64,000 bases of DNA from an uncultured archaeon. Its GTDB lineage: Archaea > Asgardarchaeota > Lokiarchaeia > Sigyniarchaeales > SOKP01. The translations under genes were made by a program, and so were the position numbers. The stretch is taken from assembly GCA_964486045.1 (NCBI GenBank), contig CAZALK010000006.1, positions 64,001-128,000 of the forward strand, given 5' to 3'. The notes beneath the pieces are model-generated. The model searched no databases, was not told the origin of the DNA, and saw only the letters and a list, made by a program, of their open reading frames with translations. Positions 9,750-19,951 of this stretch are shown piece after piece. Within the stretch, counting starts at the first letter, position 1; each line of letters begins with the position of its first letter.

Positions 9750-11789
9750 ATGTTTGTAATGAGTGAAGAAATACTTAAAACTGAATTATTGAAATTACCT
9801 TTTATGGATATTACTCTTGATTTAGAGAAAAGAGTAGCTGATTTACTAGAAAGATTGACTCTACATGAGAAGTTTAGTTTATGTTCCGGTATTCATTCTT
9901 GGTATACACAACCAATAAGTAGATTAGGGATTAAATCATTTGCAATGCATGATGGACCTCATGGGGTACGAGTGGATAATCAAGGTAAAATTAAAACTAC
10001 CTATTTTCCCTCAGCCATATGTAGAGCAGCCACTTGGGATCTTAATTTATCCAAGAAATTTGGAGAAGCAATAGCTCAAGAAATACGGGATGTTGGTGCA
10101 CATATGTTGCTTGCTCCAGGCATAAATATTCAAAGGACTCCAATGTGTGGTCGGACATTTGAATATCAATCAGAAGATCCGTATTTAAATAGAAAATTGG
10201 CTGTTGCTGTTGTAAAAGGAATTCAGAGTCAAAGAATAGCAGCATGTATAAAGCATTTCATCTGTAATAATCAAGAAACAAATCGATTCATAGTTGATTC
10301 AAAAGTGAGTCCAAGAGCTCTCCAAGAGATATATTTCCCTGCTTTTAAAACTGCTGTTCAAGAAGCAGATGCATGGTCAATTATGAGCTGTTACAATAAA
10401 GTAAACGGAATTTATGGCTCTGAACATAAATATCTTCTAAGAAAAATATTAATGAATGAATGGGGATTTAGAGGATTTGTAGTTTCAGATTGGGGTGCTA
10501 CTAGAAGTTCTACTAGCACAGAAAGTTGTGTAAATGCAGGATTATCTCTTGAAATGCCAGTACCAAATAAATATGACGTTTTAAAACTATTGAATGCTTA
10601 TAAAGAAGGGAAATTTACAGAAGAAATATTTAATGATAATGTAAAACGATTGCTAAGAGTAATGTTTCTGGTGGGTCTTTTTGACGATGAAAGCACTTTA
10701 CCAAAGGGAAGTCGAAATACTCCTGAACATCAAACCTTAGCTCGTGAAATCGCCGAAGGGGGGATAGTACTTTTGAAGAATAAGGAAAATATTCTTCCTT
10801 TAGATATGGAAAAAGTCAAAAACCTCGCAGTGATAGGACCAACTGCGAATAAAAGGACATATTTAGGTGGTGGAAGTTCTGCGAATTTTCCGCCCTATGA
10901 AGTTAAACCAATTGAGGGGATAAAAGAAAAGTGTAAAGAAAAATTAAATGTAACTAATTCACCTTCAGAAGCAGACATAACCATAATTTTTGCGGGGTTA
11001 AGGCATAAGAAAGGAATGGATAGGGAAGGTGAAGATAAAATTGATTTTAAATTACCAGAAGATCAAATAACACTTATCATTAACACTGTAAAAGAAAATC
11101 CAAATACTATAGTAGTTCTTACAGGTGGTAGTCCAGTTTCGATGATTGAATGGATTGATAAAGTCCCCGCTGTCGTTCAGGCATGGTATAGTGGAATGGA
11201 AGCCGGAAATGCAATTGCAAATGTTCTTTTTGGTGAGGTAAATCCATCAGGAAAACTTCCAGTAACATTTCCTAGAGTGCTTTCAGATTCACCCGCGCAT
11301 GCTTCTGAGCGCACCTACCCTGGCGATGAGAAGGTTTTTTATGAGGAGGGTATATTTGTAGGATACCGTCATTTTGATACAAAAAACATAGAACCTCTAT
11401 TTCCTTTTGGTTTTGGATTATCTTACACTAATTTCACTTTTGATAATCTTAAGATAAGTCACGATAAAGTGTCGGGCGATGAGGGATTTTATATAACATT
11501 AGATATTACGAATTCTGGTGAGCGGTTTGGATCAGAAGTTGTCCAATTATATATCCAAGATGCTGAGTGTAGTGTAGAAAGACCGCTCAAAGAACTTAAA
11601 GGATTTAAAAAGGTGAAATTAAAACCTAATGAGAAAAAAACTATTAAATTTGAATTAACAAAAGAAGATCTCTCCTTTTTTGATGAAAATAATAATTGCT
11701 GGAAAGCTGAGAAAGGTCAATTTAATATACTCATTGGAAGCTCATCACGAGATATTAGGTTACAAGAAGAGATAGAATACTTAGAGTAA
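9750..11789 (+). CDS. GH3 beta-glucosidase
   Basis: DGPHGVR, GRTFEYQSEDP, KHF, VVSDW nucleophile motif, C-terminal Fn3-like domain (EVVQLY, ELKGF). Confidence 0.93.
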   Translation: MFVMSEEILKTELLKLPFMDITLDLEKRVADLLERLTLHEKFSLCSGIHSWYTQPISRLGIKSFAMHDGPHGVRVDNQGKIKTTYFPSAICRAATWDLNLSKKFGEAIAQEIRDVGAHMLLAPGINIQRTPMCGRTFEYQSEDPYLNRKLAVAVVKGIQSQRIAACIKHFICNNQETNRFIVDSKVSPRALQEIYFPAFKTAVQEADAWSIMSCYNKVNGIYGSEHKYLLRKILMNEWGFRGFVVSDWGATRSSTSTESCVNAGLSLEMPVPNKYDVLKLLNAYKEGKFTEEIFNDNVKRLLRVMFLVGLFDDESTLPKGSRNTPEHQTLAREIAEGGIVLLKNKENILPLDMEKVKNLAVIGPTANKRTYLGGGSSANFPPYEVKPIEGIKEKCKEKLNVTNSPSEADITIIFAGLRHKKGMDREGEDKIDFKLPEDQITLIINTVKENPNTIVVLTGGSPVSMIEWIDKVPAVVQAWYSGMEAGNAIANVLFGEVNPSGKLPVTFPRVLSDSPAHASERTYPGDEKVFYEEGIFVGYRHFDTKNIEPLFPFGFGLSYTNFTFDNLKISHDKVSGDEGFYITLDITNSGERFGSEVVQLYIQDAECSVERPLKELKGFKKVKLKPNEKKTIKFELTKEDLSFFDENNNCWKAEKGQFNILIGSSSRDIRLQEEIEYLE

Positions 11790-11803
11790 ATGCTATTTTA
11801 AAA

Positions 11804-13081
11804 ATGATTGTAAAAGAAGATTTAGAAGAAGCAAAGGAAAGAATGAAAGCATGGTGGGACCATGAAACTACTGATAGACCTACAATTGCTTATAATATAC
11901 CAGAAGGCCCGAATTCTGCAAAAGCCCTCTTAGCATCGGGTGCATTAAATTATGATTTAGGTAAGAATTGGGACGGAATTGAGCCGATTCTAGATACACT
12001 CGAAAACAATAGTGATGGTCTAGTTTGGGGTGGTGAATGTATACCTCGATATTTTCCTAATTATGGTCCGTTAGCAATGGCAGCAGTATTAGGTGCAAAT
12101 CCTGAATATAAATCAGGTACTATATGGTTTCATAGAAAGACTGATGTGAAAGATATTGTTAATCTCCTTGAGAATGCTAAATTAAACAATGATAATGAGT
12201 GGTATGTTAGATTAAAGCGTACAACAGAAATTGCTGCTAAACGGGGTGCAAGATATAATTATTGTGTTGCTACAACAGATTTAGGAGGGATACTTGATAT
12301 ACTAGTGTCATTTCTAGGACCTCAAGAAATTATTATTCAAATGAAGAGGAATCCAGAACTAATCGATACTTGTAGAGCGATAATAATGGAAAAATATCTG
12401 AGACTTTATGATGAACTCCAAAATTTGATTAATAAATACGTGGATGGCTATGATACTTGGTTGAATCTTTGGTGCCCAAAGCGATATTATACCATGCAAA
12501 GTGATTTTTGTGTTATGCTTAACCAGAAATATTTCGAGAGATTTGTGCTACCAGACTTAAAAGAGCAGGCAGAGCATATGGAATATTCATTTTACCATTT
12601 AGATGGCCCAGAACAAATAAAATTCCTTGACGATATTTTAAAAGTAGTTGATGGAATTCAATGGGTACCAGGAGCAAAACCTAACATGCCCCAGGATGGT
12701 GCTGATGAATGGATGCCCCTTTATAGGAAAATTCAAAAGGCTGGAAAAAATCTTCACATGACAATTTTGGATTGCCCAGTGGTTCCAAAGGTATACAAAC
12801 AATTAGATCCCAAAGGATTATTTGTGTATTCTGTATTTTTTACAAAGGGATTAGCTGAGTGCTATTTACCGAAATTCATAGGAGGAGATGGTGGAGATCT
12901 TGTTAAAAAAATCTCAGATTGGACAAAAATTAATAATATAGAAAGGGTTACTCGAGCAAGAGTAAAAGAATATACAACTAAAAAGGGTATTCAAATTAGT
13001 AAGTCTCTTCAAGGTCAAATAGTTAGAGAGTTAAAACAGGATAGAGAGACTTTTAATTATATTCGCGGATTTGAGAATTAG
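11804..13081 (+). CDS. Uroporphyrinogen decarboxylase/MtaA-CmuA superfamily TIM-barrel protein
   Basis: MQSDF..M, FERFVLP, YHLDG, IQWVPG motifs; function uncertain. Confidence 0.7.
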   Translation: MIVKEDLEEAKERMKAWWDHETTDRPTIAYNIPEGPNSAKALLASGALNYDLGKNWDGIEPILDTLENNSDGLVWGGECIPRYFPNYGPLAMAAVLGANPEYKSGTIWFHRKTDVKDIVNLLENAKLNNDNEWYVRLKRTTEIAAKRGARYNYCVATTDLGGILDILVSFLGPQEIIIQMKRNPELIDTCRAIIMEKYLRLYDELQNLINKYVDGYDTWLNLWCPKRYYTMQSDFCVMLNQKYFERFVLPDLKEQAEHMEYSFYHLDGPEQIKFLDDILKVVDGIQWVPGAKPNMPQDGADEWMPLYRKIQKAGKNLHMTILDCPVVPKVYKQLDPKGLFVYSVFFTKGLAECYLPKFIGGDGGDLVKKISDWTKINNIERVTRARVKEYTTKKGIQISKSLQGQIVRELKQDRETFNYIRGFEN

Positions 13082-13247
13082 TAGATATACTAAAATTAAG
13101 AATAAAAGGATGCATAAATCTCTATAATTATAAATTTTTTATATTAAAGACACTTCTTTTATTTCAATAGAATTATTGATGTTTCAATAAATTTGATATA
13201 GTTGTAATATAAAGTTCCAAATAAAATACATAAATTGATGTATTAAA

Positions 13248-14048
13248 ATGGTAGACCGTTTAAAGGGAAAAATAGCTATTGTAGTTGGGGCAGGACAACA
13301 ACCAGGAGATACTATCGGGAACGGTAGAGCAATGGCAATATCTTTTGCCCGTGAAGGAGCTAAAGTAATGCTTGTTGATAAACATCTTGATTCTGCAAAG
13401 GAAACAAAATCTATGATAGATAAGGAAGGTGGAGAATCTTTTGCTTTTATGGCAGATGTTACTAATGAGGAGGAATGCCAAAGATTAGCAGAAAAATGTG
13501 TTGAAGTCTACGGTAAAATTGATATACTTGTAAATAATGTTGGTATAGGTACAGGAGATAGGAAACTGGTGGATTTGAGTGAAGAAGTATGGGACAAAAT
13601 ATTCGATGTAAACCTTAAGGGAATGTTTTTTGTGTGTAAATATGTATTACCCGTAATGGAAAAACAAGAATGCGGTTCAATAATAAACATTTCTTCTGTT
13701 GCTGCTGTTGCTGCTACCCGTTATGTAGCCTATAAAATTTCAAAATCAGGGGTTAATTCTTTAACTCATCAACTTGCCATGAAGTATGCCAAGAATGGTA
13801 TCCGAGTTAATGCTATCATGCCAGGCTTAATGAATACTCCAATGGCGATTGAAGGAATTTCAAGAGCGGCTGGGATACCAAAGGATGAGCTAATAAAGTT
13901 AAGAAATAACATGGTTCCACTAAAGGGTGGAATGGGAAGTGGATGGGATATAGCGAATGCTGCGCTATTCTTAGCCTCAAATGAAGCGAAATTTATAACG
14001 TCTGTAATACTCCCCGTAGATGGTGGCCAAAGTTCAAAGATCGGCTGA
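13248..14048 (+). CDS. Short-chain dehydrogenase/reductase (FabG-like)
   Basis: NNVG, YKISK (YxxxK), IRVNAIMPG, VDGG. Confidence 0.92.
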   Translation: MVDRLKGKIAIVVGAGQQPGDTIGNGRAMAISFAREGAKVMLVDKHLDSAKETKSMIDKEGGESFAFMADVTNEEECQRLAEKCVEVYGKIDILVNNVGIGTGDRKLVDLSEEVWDKIFDVNLKGMFFVCKYVLPVMEKQECGSIINISSVAAVAATRYVAYKISKSGVNSLTHQLAMKYAKNGIRVNAIMPGLMNTPMAIEGISRAAGIPKDELIKLRNNMVPLKGGMGSGWDIANAALFLASNEAKFITSVILPVDGGQSSKIG

Positions 14049-14122
14049 ACTTTTAAAGCTATTGCTAAAATATTCATTCAATAATTTATCAATGTTTAAA
14101 AGATAAAAAAAGGATTTTGAGA

Positions 14123-14542
14123 CTACACGGGTTCAAATCCTAAGTCTACTCGGGTTTCACCCGTTAGTTCTGTTTCTATGAAGGTCAATTTTACAGGAGT
14201 ACCAATTGAAATTGATTCTGGTTTACTTTCATCAACACCTATTAACTGCCCTGAAATCATTGGCCCTTCCTCGAGTTCTATGACAGAAAAACAGTATGGT
14301 CTTTTCATAGAATAACCCTTACTTACCATGAAAGTTGTTCCTACCCCAATACACGAAAATGCAGCAAGTTTACCCTTACCAGACATTTCTACCCATTCTA
14401 AATCGGTTGAGTTGCATTTAATACATAATTTCCTTGGAGGTACATAGGTTGCGTTACATTTTTTGCATTTAGAACCCATTAATTTCTTACTATTTACAAA
14501 TTCTAGATAATTTTGAACTGTAATTTCCTTTTCTTCTGACAT
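14123..14542 (-). CDS. DUF35 Zn-ribbon/OB-fold thiolase partner
   Basis: CKKC..PPR..CIKC followed by an OB fold; directly downstream of the thiolase. Confidence 0.9.
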   Translation of the reverse strand: MSEEKEITVQNYLEFVNSKKLMGSKCKKCNATYVPPRKLCIKCNSTDLEWVEMSGKGKLAAFSCIGVGTTFMVSKGYSMKRPYCFSVIELEEGPMISGQLIGVDESKPESISIGTPVKLTFIETELTGETRVDLGFEPV

Positions 14543-14564
14543 TTTTACATTTCACCTAATGAAT

Positions 14565-15824
14565 TCATTTTTCATAAATCGTTACAACACAAGTAGCTCC
14601 TGATCCTCCTAAGTTATGAGAAAGAGCTCTTTCTACATCAAATTTCACTTGTCGATTTCTTTCTGCAATACCACGCATCTGTTTAAAGATTTCTACCGCC
14701 ATCGCTGCGCCTGTCGCACCTACGGGGTGACCCTTTGATTTAAGACCACCGGATGTGTTTATTGGTAACGAACCATCTCTTTTTGTTTCCCCATTTTTTA
14801 TAGCTTCAGCAGCTTTTCCCTTTTCATAAAAGCCCATATCTTCTAATGCTATCAATTCAGCTATCGTAAAGCAATCATGAACTTCAGCAATTTGCATATC
14901 CTTTGGTCCTAAACCAGCCATTTTATATGCTTGTCGGGCTGCTTCTTTTGCTGCTACAAAACTCATTAAATCATCTCTATCGTGCAGAGACAGAGCTGCA
15001 CTCCCTTGACCTGTTCCAGATATCCAAATTGGTGTATCTGTAAAGTTTTTTGCCACATCTTCAGCAGCCAAAAACACACATGACGCACCATCTGTGACGA
15101 GCGAGCAATCAAAAAGCCTTAACGGGGAGGCAATCATAGGATTAGATGAGCTATTTAAATAGTCCATCTCATCTTTCCAGTCAGGAATATCTTTTCCTTC
15201 AGATTCGAGCTTACTAACTTTCTTAGTCATTAAATCATGAATAGAACTTTGCATCTGAGCATATGGATTTTCCTTACCATTTTCATGATTTTTGATAGAT
15301 ATTCTTTTCAAATCATCATGAGAAGTACCGTATTTATTGAAGTGAGCAGAAGCAATAGCAGCATACAAACCTGGAAATGTTGCTCCAGCAGGATATTCAA
15401 ACAAGTTATCAGACGCAGTAGCTAGAGCATCAGTTACGAGAGTTGTCGAAACTTCATTCATACATTCAACCCCACTTACGACGATTACATCATGTATACC
15501 CGAGGCTATCGCTATAATAGCTTGACGAAATGCTACACCACTACTTGCACATGCTCCCTCCATACGCGGCGCAGGTTTTGGAGATAAGCCAACTAAGTTT
15601 GCCATTTGTGGACCTAGGTGTCCTTGATGATTGAATAGGTCTGAAGAATAATTCCCTACATAACAGGCATCAACATCTTTAGGTTCGATACCATTGTCTA
15701 CTCTATTAACGGCATCTAACCACGCATCAACCCATAAATCTGGATTTCTTTTGACAGGAAATAGTCTACCAAATTTAGACATTCCCGCACCGATAATTCC
15801 GACTTTTCTTGCTAATTTGCCCAT
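14565..15824 (-). CDS. Thiolase (SCP2/archaeal type acetyl-CoA acyltransferase)
   Basis: EGACASS, EVHDCF, KGHPVGATG, HNLGG; start placed at ATG 15824 after GGTGA. Confidence 0.93.
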   Translation of the reverse strand: MGKLARKVGIIGAGMSKFGRLFPVKRNPDLWVDAWLDAVNRVDNGIEPKDVDACYVGNYSSDLFNHQGHLGPQMANLVGLSPKPAPRMEGACASSGVAFRQAIIAIASGIHDVIVVSGVECMNEVSTTLVTDALATASDNLFEYPAGATFPGLYAAIASAHFNKYGTSHDDLKRISIKNHENGKENPYAQMQSSIHDLMTKKVSKLESEGKDIPDWKDEMDYLNSSSNPMIASPLRLFDCSLVTDGASCVFLAAEDVAKNFTDTPIWISGTGQGSAALSLHDRDDLMSFVAAKEAARQAYKMAGLGPKDMQIAEVHDCFTIAELIALEDMGFYEKGKAAEAIKNGETKRDGSLPINTSGGLKSKGHPVGATGAAMAVEIFKQMRGIAERNRQVKFDVERALSHNLGGSGATCVVTIYEK

Positions 15825-16030
15825 AATTTCACCATTCTTTGTTTTAAATTTTAATAATTTTGAAATCAAAAAATTGAATAATCTAAGAATTAAATTTGTT
15901 ATTATTTAATTTGACAATTTTATTTCCAATCTTTATAATAGTTTCAGAAGGTTCAGACATTATATCCTATATTTCATGAGATTATTCAAATCATAATCGA
16001 CAAGTAGAGAAGTAAAAAAAAAGTAGAAAA

Positions 16031-17068
16031 CTACAATTGAAAAATACCCTCATTTTTATTGCTATTATAGTATATGTCGATCAGCATTAAATGTGACCCT
16101 AGGATGACTCCAAACACTGTATCTGTGCCAGATGTACTACCCAAATCCAAGATATTTCTAACAGAATTCTCTAACTCTCTTTGTCTTGAAGTCAACAAGT
16201 TCTCCATAAGAGAGGCGACAGCTTCATTTACTTTTCCAACTGAAGCTTCTCTTAAGAATTCTTCGCTTATAATTGTAGTTCTCCCTGAAATGATTGATAT
16301 AATATCCTTATTGATTTTCTTGACATCAATACTCGTTTTATTAAAGTTTTCTGAAATATACAACATACTAATCATTAACCCGAGAAGCATATCATCAGCA
16401 GCAGGAGTTAGTCCTGGACCCAATCCTACAAGATGTTTGGTAATTCGTATTATGTCGTGGGAATAACCAGATTTAATTGCCTTGAGCATTGATGAAATAT
16501 GAGGTAACGCCAAATGAGAAACAGAACCTAATTTTTCAGTTTTTGAATCTTTAAGACCGTTAATGTGGGTGAAAGGAATTAGTTCACCTAAACCACTGAG
16601 GTGATCAGAAGTAAGGGCAATATCTCTCATAATCTCTATGTTTGCCATAATTGTCTTAAGGGGTTGCAGACTAGCTTGAAATTTTCTCTTTGGCTCCCAT
16701 AATTCAGTCCACTGGGTTGATATCACAATAACATTCTCACCTATAACTATCGACTCACCGACTCGTGCTACGCTGTCACCCCTCTTTATCCCGATTTTTG
16801 ACAGATTGATATGATTAGGAATGTCCACAAGTATATTCAATGACCCTTGTCCTATCTCTTTTCCAACCAAAATGATCAATCGGTTCTCCATCACGGTGAT
16901 GTTGATTACACGTTGGAATATACTATGTATCAGACCAATTTTGCCTTGTCTTTGAATCCTGTCATTTGCAGATAGGCCTATTGATTGAGCATTCAAGTAC
17001 AATGATTTAGCATGACGACCTGAACGATAATAGGGCGCCTCCGAATCAGTCATGTTGGATTTCCTCAT
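16031..17068 (-). CDS. DUF2877 protein (YlbF/AllH-like oxamate carbamoyltransferase subunit)
   Basis: LVGLGPGLTPAADD, TTIIS, GSTSGTD motifs; gene context. Confidence 0.85.
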   Translation of the reverse strand: MRKSNMTDSEAPYYRSGRHAKSLYLNAQSIGLSANDRIQRQGKIGLIHSIFQRVINITVMENRLIILVGKEIGQGSLNILVDIPNHINLSKIGIKRGDSVARVGESIVIGENVIVISTQWTELWEPKRKFQASLQPLKTIMANIEIMRDIALTSDHLSGLGELIPFTHINGLKDSKTEKLGSVSHLALPHISSMLKAIKSGYSHDIIRITKHLVGLGPGLTPAADDMLLGLMISMLYISENFNKTSIDVKKINKDIISIISGRTTIISEEFLREASVGKVNEAVASLMENLLTSRQRELENSVRNILDLGSTSGTDTVFGVILGSHLMLIDIYYNSNKNEGIFQL

Positions 17069-17138
17069 CTAATCTCAGTCCTTAAAAATATTAACAAGGT
17101 TCCCCCCATACCATGATCAAGATTTTCATCAGTGGACC

Positions 17139-18743
17139 CTATACAACACCAGTCATCATCCGACCAATTTCACTGATCTTTGCATCAGCAGCAGGAACTA
17201 TCCCTACAATTTTACCCTCATATATGACTGCGATGCGATCACTCAGGGTCATAATTCTTTCTAAGTCCTCAGAGATGAGTAAAATGGCCACTTGTCTTTC
17301 TCTCTCCTCCAAAATTTTTTTAGATATGAATTCTGTTGCTCCAACGTCTAATCCAGCTGTAGGCTGAGCGATAATAAGCAATTTTGGATTTCTAGAGAGA
17401 ATTTTTGCTAAGAGAACTTTCTGGAGGTTACCACCTGACAGGTTTCTTACTGGAACATTAGGACTTGGTGTGTCAATATCATATTCTTGGATAATTTTTT
17501 CTGCATACTTTCGGATTTCGTCTTCATTCAAGAACCATCGATGTGAGAATGGAGTCTTAGTATGGGACTCTAGAATCAAGTTTTTCGCGATGGAAAAGTT
17601 TATCAGAAGACCAGTACCTGCCCGATCCTCAGGGATGTCCCCTATACCTAATTCTATTAATTTCTTTGGGGTGTAATTGGTTACATCTTGCTCCAAAAAG
17701 CGAATCGTGCCATCTGTAGATGGTCTCATACCAGAGAGTACATCTGCGAGCTCCTTTTGACCATTTCCTGAGACTCCTGCAAATCCCAATATCTCACCCT
17801 CGTGAATTGAAAAAGAAATACCCTTGAGGGCTTCTTGACCTTTGTCATTCATGGTTTTAAGACCCTGAACATCAAGAACAACCTTACCAGGCTTGACATC
17901 AATCCTCTCCTGTCCTAAATGGATCTCTCTTCCGACCATTTTTAGCGAAAGATCCTGAGGGTTAGTTAGTTTGGTCTCAACAGTCTCAACAAAACGCCCA
18001 TGTCTAAGAACTGTGACACGGTCACTTATAGCAAACACTTCGGGTAATTTATGAGTTATAATAACAACAGTCAACCCTTCTTTCACCATGGATTTCAGAG
18101 CGTCAAAAAAATCGTCAATTTCCAAAGGAGTGAGAACTGAGGTCGGTTCATCGAGAATAAGTATCCGTGCACCACGGTACAGAGCTTTTATTATCTCAAC
18201 TCGTTGACGAATACCCATTGGGAGTTGTTCTACCTTTGCTTTGGGGTCAACCTCTAGATTGTAGGTCTTTGAGAGCTCGATTATTTGCTTCTCGGCTTCA
18301 GAGAGATTCAAAAGAGGTCCTTTGGAGGATTTAACCCCCAGAATAATATTCTCAGCAACGGTCATTACCGGTATTAGTGTGAAGTGCTGGTGAACCATTC
18401 CAATTCCAATTGCAATGGCGTCCTTTGGCGATCTTAAGTGAACCGGGACTCCTTGAATTTTAATTTCACCTGAATCTAATCGATAGAGTCCGTATAAGAT
18501 ATTCATCAAGGTTGTTTTGCCTGCACCGTTTTCTCCAAGCAAAGCATGGATTTCACACGCTTTCAGCTCAAAATTAATAGTATCATTAGCTAATACACCC
18601 GGGAATCGCTTTGTGATCCCCTGCATCTCTACTACTAATTCACCCGGTTCAAGTTGCTTAATTTTAGATGTTTTGATGTAATCGCTTCTTTTCCTTATCT
18701 TTTTTTTCTTAACTTTCCCTAACTCTATTTCCTTAACCTTCAT
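17139..18743 (-). CDS. Nucleoside/simple-sugar ABC transporter ATP-binding protein (two NBDs)
   Basis: GENGAGKT, LILDEPT, GVSGNGQ, LSGGNLQK, QPTAGLD. Confidence 0.93.
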   Translation of the reverse strand: MKVKEIELGKVKKKKIRKRSDYIKTSKIKQLEPGELVVEMQGITKRFPGVLANDTINFELKACEIHALLGENGAGKTTLMNILYGLYRLDSGEIKIQGVPVHLRSPKDAIAIGIGMVHQHFTLIPVMTVAENIILGVKSSKGPLLNLSEAEKQIIELSKTYNLEVDPKAKVEQLPMGIRQRVEIIKALYRGARILILDEPTSVLTPLEIDDFFDALKSMVKEGLTVVIITHKLPEVFAISDRVTVLRHGRFVETVETKLTNPQDLSLKMVGREIHLGQERIDVKPGKVVLDVQGLKTMNDKGQEALKGISFSIHEGEILGFAGVSGNGQKELADVLSGMRPSTDGTIRFLEQDVTNYTPKKLIELGIGDIPEDRAGTGLLINFSIAKNLILESHTKTPFSHRWFLNEDEIRKYAEKIIQEYDIDTPSPNVPVRNLSGGNLQKVLLAKILSRNPKLLIIAQPTAGLDVGATEFISKKILEERERQVAILLISEDLERIMTLSDRIAVIYEGKIVGIVPAADAKISEIGRMMTGVV

Positions 18744-18851
18744 TTTTCTTAATTGTTTATGCTTATTTTATTTAAAATTTTGAGAAAAAATCTCGAAACA
18801 ACAGTTTTTATTCGAGTCATTTTTTGTGTCATGAATATTCACTTTAATTTT

Positions 18852-19766
18852 TTAGACCAACGATTTTTTAAAATGTGTGCCGGTCTTTCCAAGGAGGGCA
18901 TCTTGAATATGATCAATCGAGGTAATGATCGCTTGAGCGCCGCCTTGTTCAATAAAATTGATACATGCTTGGACTTTCGGCCCCATACTTCCTTTCGGAA
19001 ATTGACCTTCGGCCAAAAATTTTGTTGCTTCGGCGATAGTCAATGAATCAACAAATTTCTCATCCGGTTGCATGAAATTGAGGGAAACTTTTTCTACATC
19101 TGTAGCTATCAAGAGGATATCGGCTCCGATCTGTTCCCCGAGTTTGGCGGTAGCTAGATCTTTATCAATGACAGCTTCAACTCCGTGAAGACGTTCATCT
19201 TTTTTATAAACAGGGATTCCTCCCCCGCCACATGCGATGATAATAAACCCTTCTTCCATTAAATGCTTGATTTCTCGCCATTGGTAGATTTTATAGGGTT
19301 TCGGTGATGGTACCACTCGGCGCCACCCCCTTGATGTGTTGACAAATCCTGGACGGGGATCTGGATAAGCAGGTCCAACGGGTTTTGTGGGGTTCTCAAA
19401 TGCTGGATCATCTTTTTTTACCGAGGTATAAGTAAGCACCGTGAGAAAGAATTTGTCATCAGATATACCTAGGCGCATTAGCTCTTCGTCCAGGGTTGAT
19501 TCAATCATGTACCCAATTTGACCTTGTGTCTGCGCTCCGATGATGAATAACGGCATTTTTGGGACCTCATCACATGCTTCTTGTTGTATTAGTAAAGCCC
19601 CCGATTGAGGGCCATTTCCGTGAGTTATCACAATTCTGAATAATTTCGAGAGTTCGGCAATGGAAGCAATAGGTTTTCGAATGTTGGCAAATTGCTGTTC
19701 TACTGTGCCTGCTTGGCCTTTTTGGATGAATGCGTTCCCACCCAATGCGATGATTAATTTTTGCAT
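18852..19766 (-). CDS. arcC: Carbamate kinase
   Basis: ALGGNA, THGNGPQ, PTKPVG, RRVVPSP, EAVIDKD, GSMGPKV. Confidence 0.95.
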   Translation of the reverse strand: MQKLIIALGGNAFIQKGQAGTVEQQFANIRKPIASIAELSKLFRIVITHGNGPQSGALLIQQEACDEVPKMPLFIIGAQTQGQIGYMIESTLDEELMRLGISDDKFFLTVLTYTSVKKDDPAFENPTKPVGPAYPDPRPGFVNTSRGWRRVVPSPKPYKIYQWREIKHLMEEGFIIIACGGGGIPVYKKDERLHGVEAVIDKDLATAKLGEQIGADILLIATDVEKVSLNFMQPDEKFVDSLTIAEATKFLAEGQFPKGSMGPKVQACINFIEQGGAQAIITSIDHIQDALLGKTGTHFKKSLV

Positions 19767-19774
19767 TGTTTTAT

Positions 19775-19951
19775 TCAGCTTCCTTCCAATTTTTCTAAGA
19801 ATTTGAGGATATCAATGTCGCCTCCAGCAGGAGGTCGCCAATCTACATGGATTACATCCACATTCTGTTTCTCCAAATCATCAGCAAACATTTCGATTCC
19901 AATATTGATAACCTTGAGTTCCTTGTTAAATAGTTTTTCTTTCTCAGTCAT
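19775..19951 (-). CDS. Stand-alone FdrA C-terminal-domain protein (58 aa, absent from ORF track)
   Basis: Own translation: MTEKEKLFNKELKVINIGIEMFADDLEKQNVDVIHVDWRPPAGGDIDILKFLEKLEGS. ATG overlaps the fdrA stop (TAATG) with GGAGGTG upstream; VINIG..F..L..W.P.AGG motif. Confidence 0.85.
   Translation of the reverse strand: MTEKEKLFNKELKVINIGIEMFADDLEKQNVDVIHVDWRPPAGGDIDILKFLEKLEGS

Noticed and set aside
11804-13081. True uroporphyrinogen decarboxylase (hemE)
   Set aside because: Lacks the N-terminal RQAGR motif; only superfamily-level similarity.
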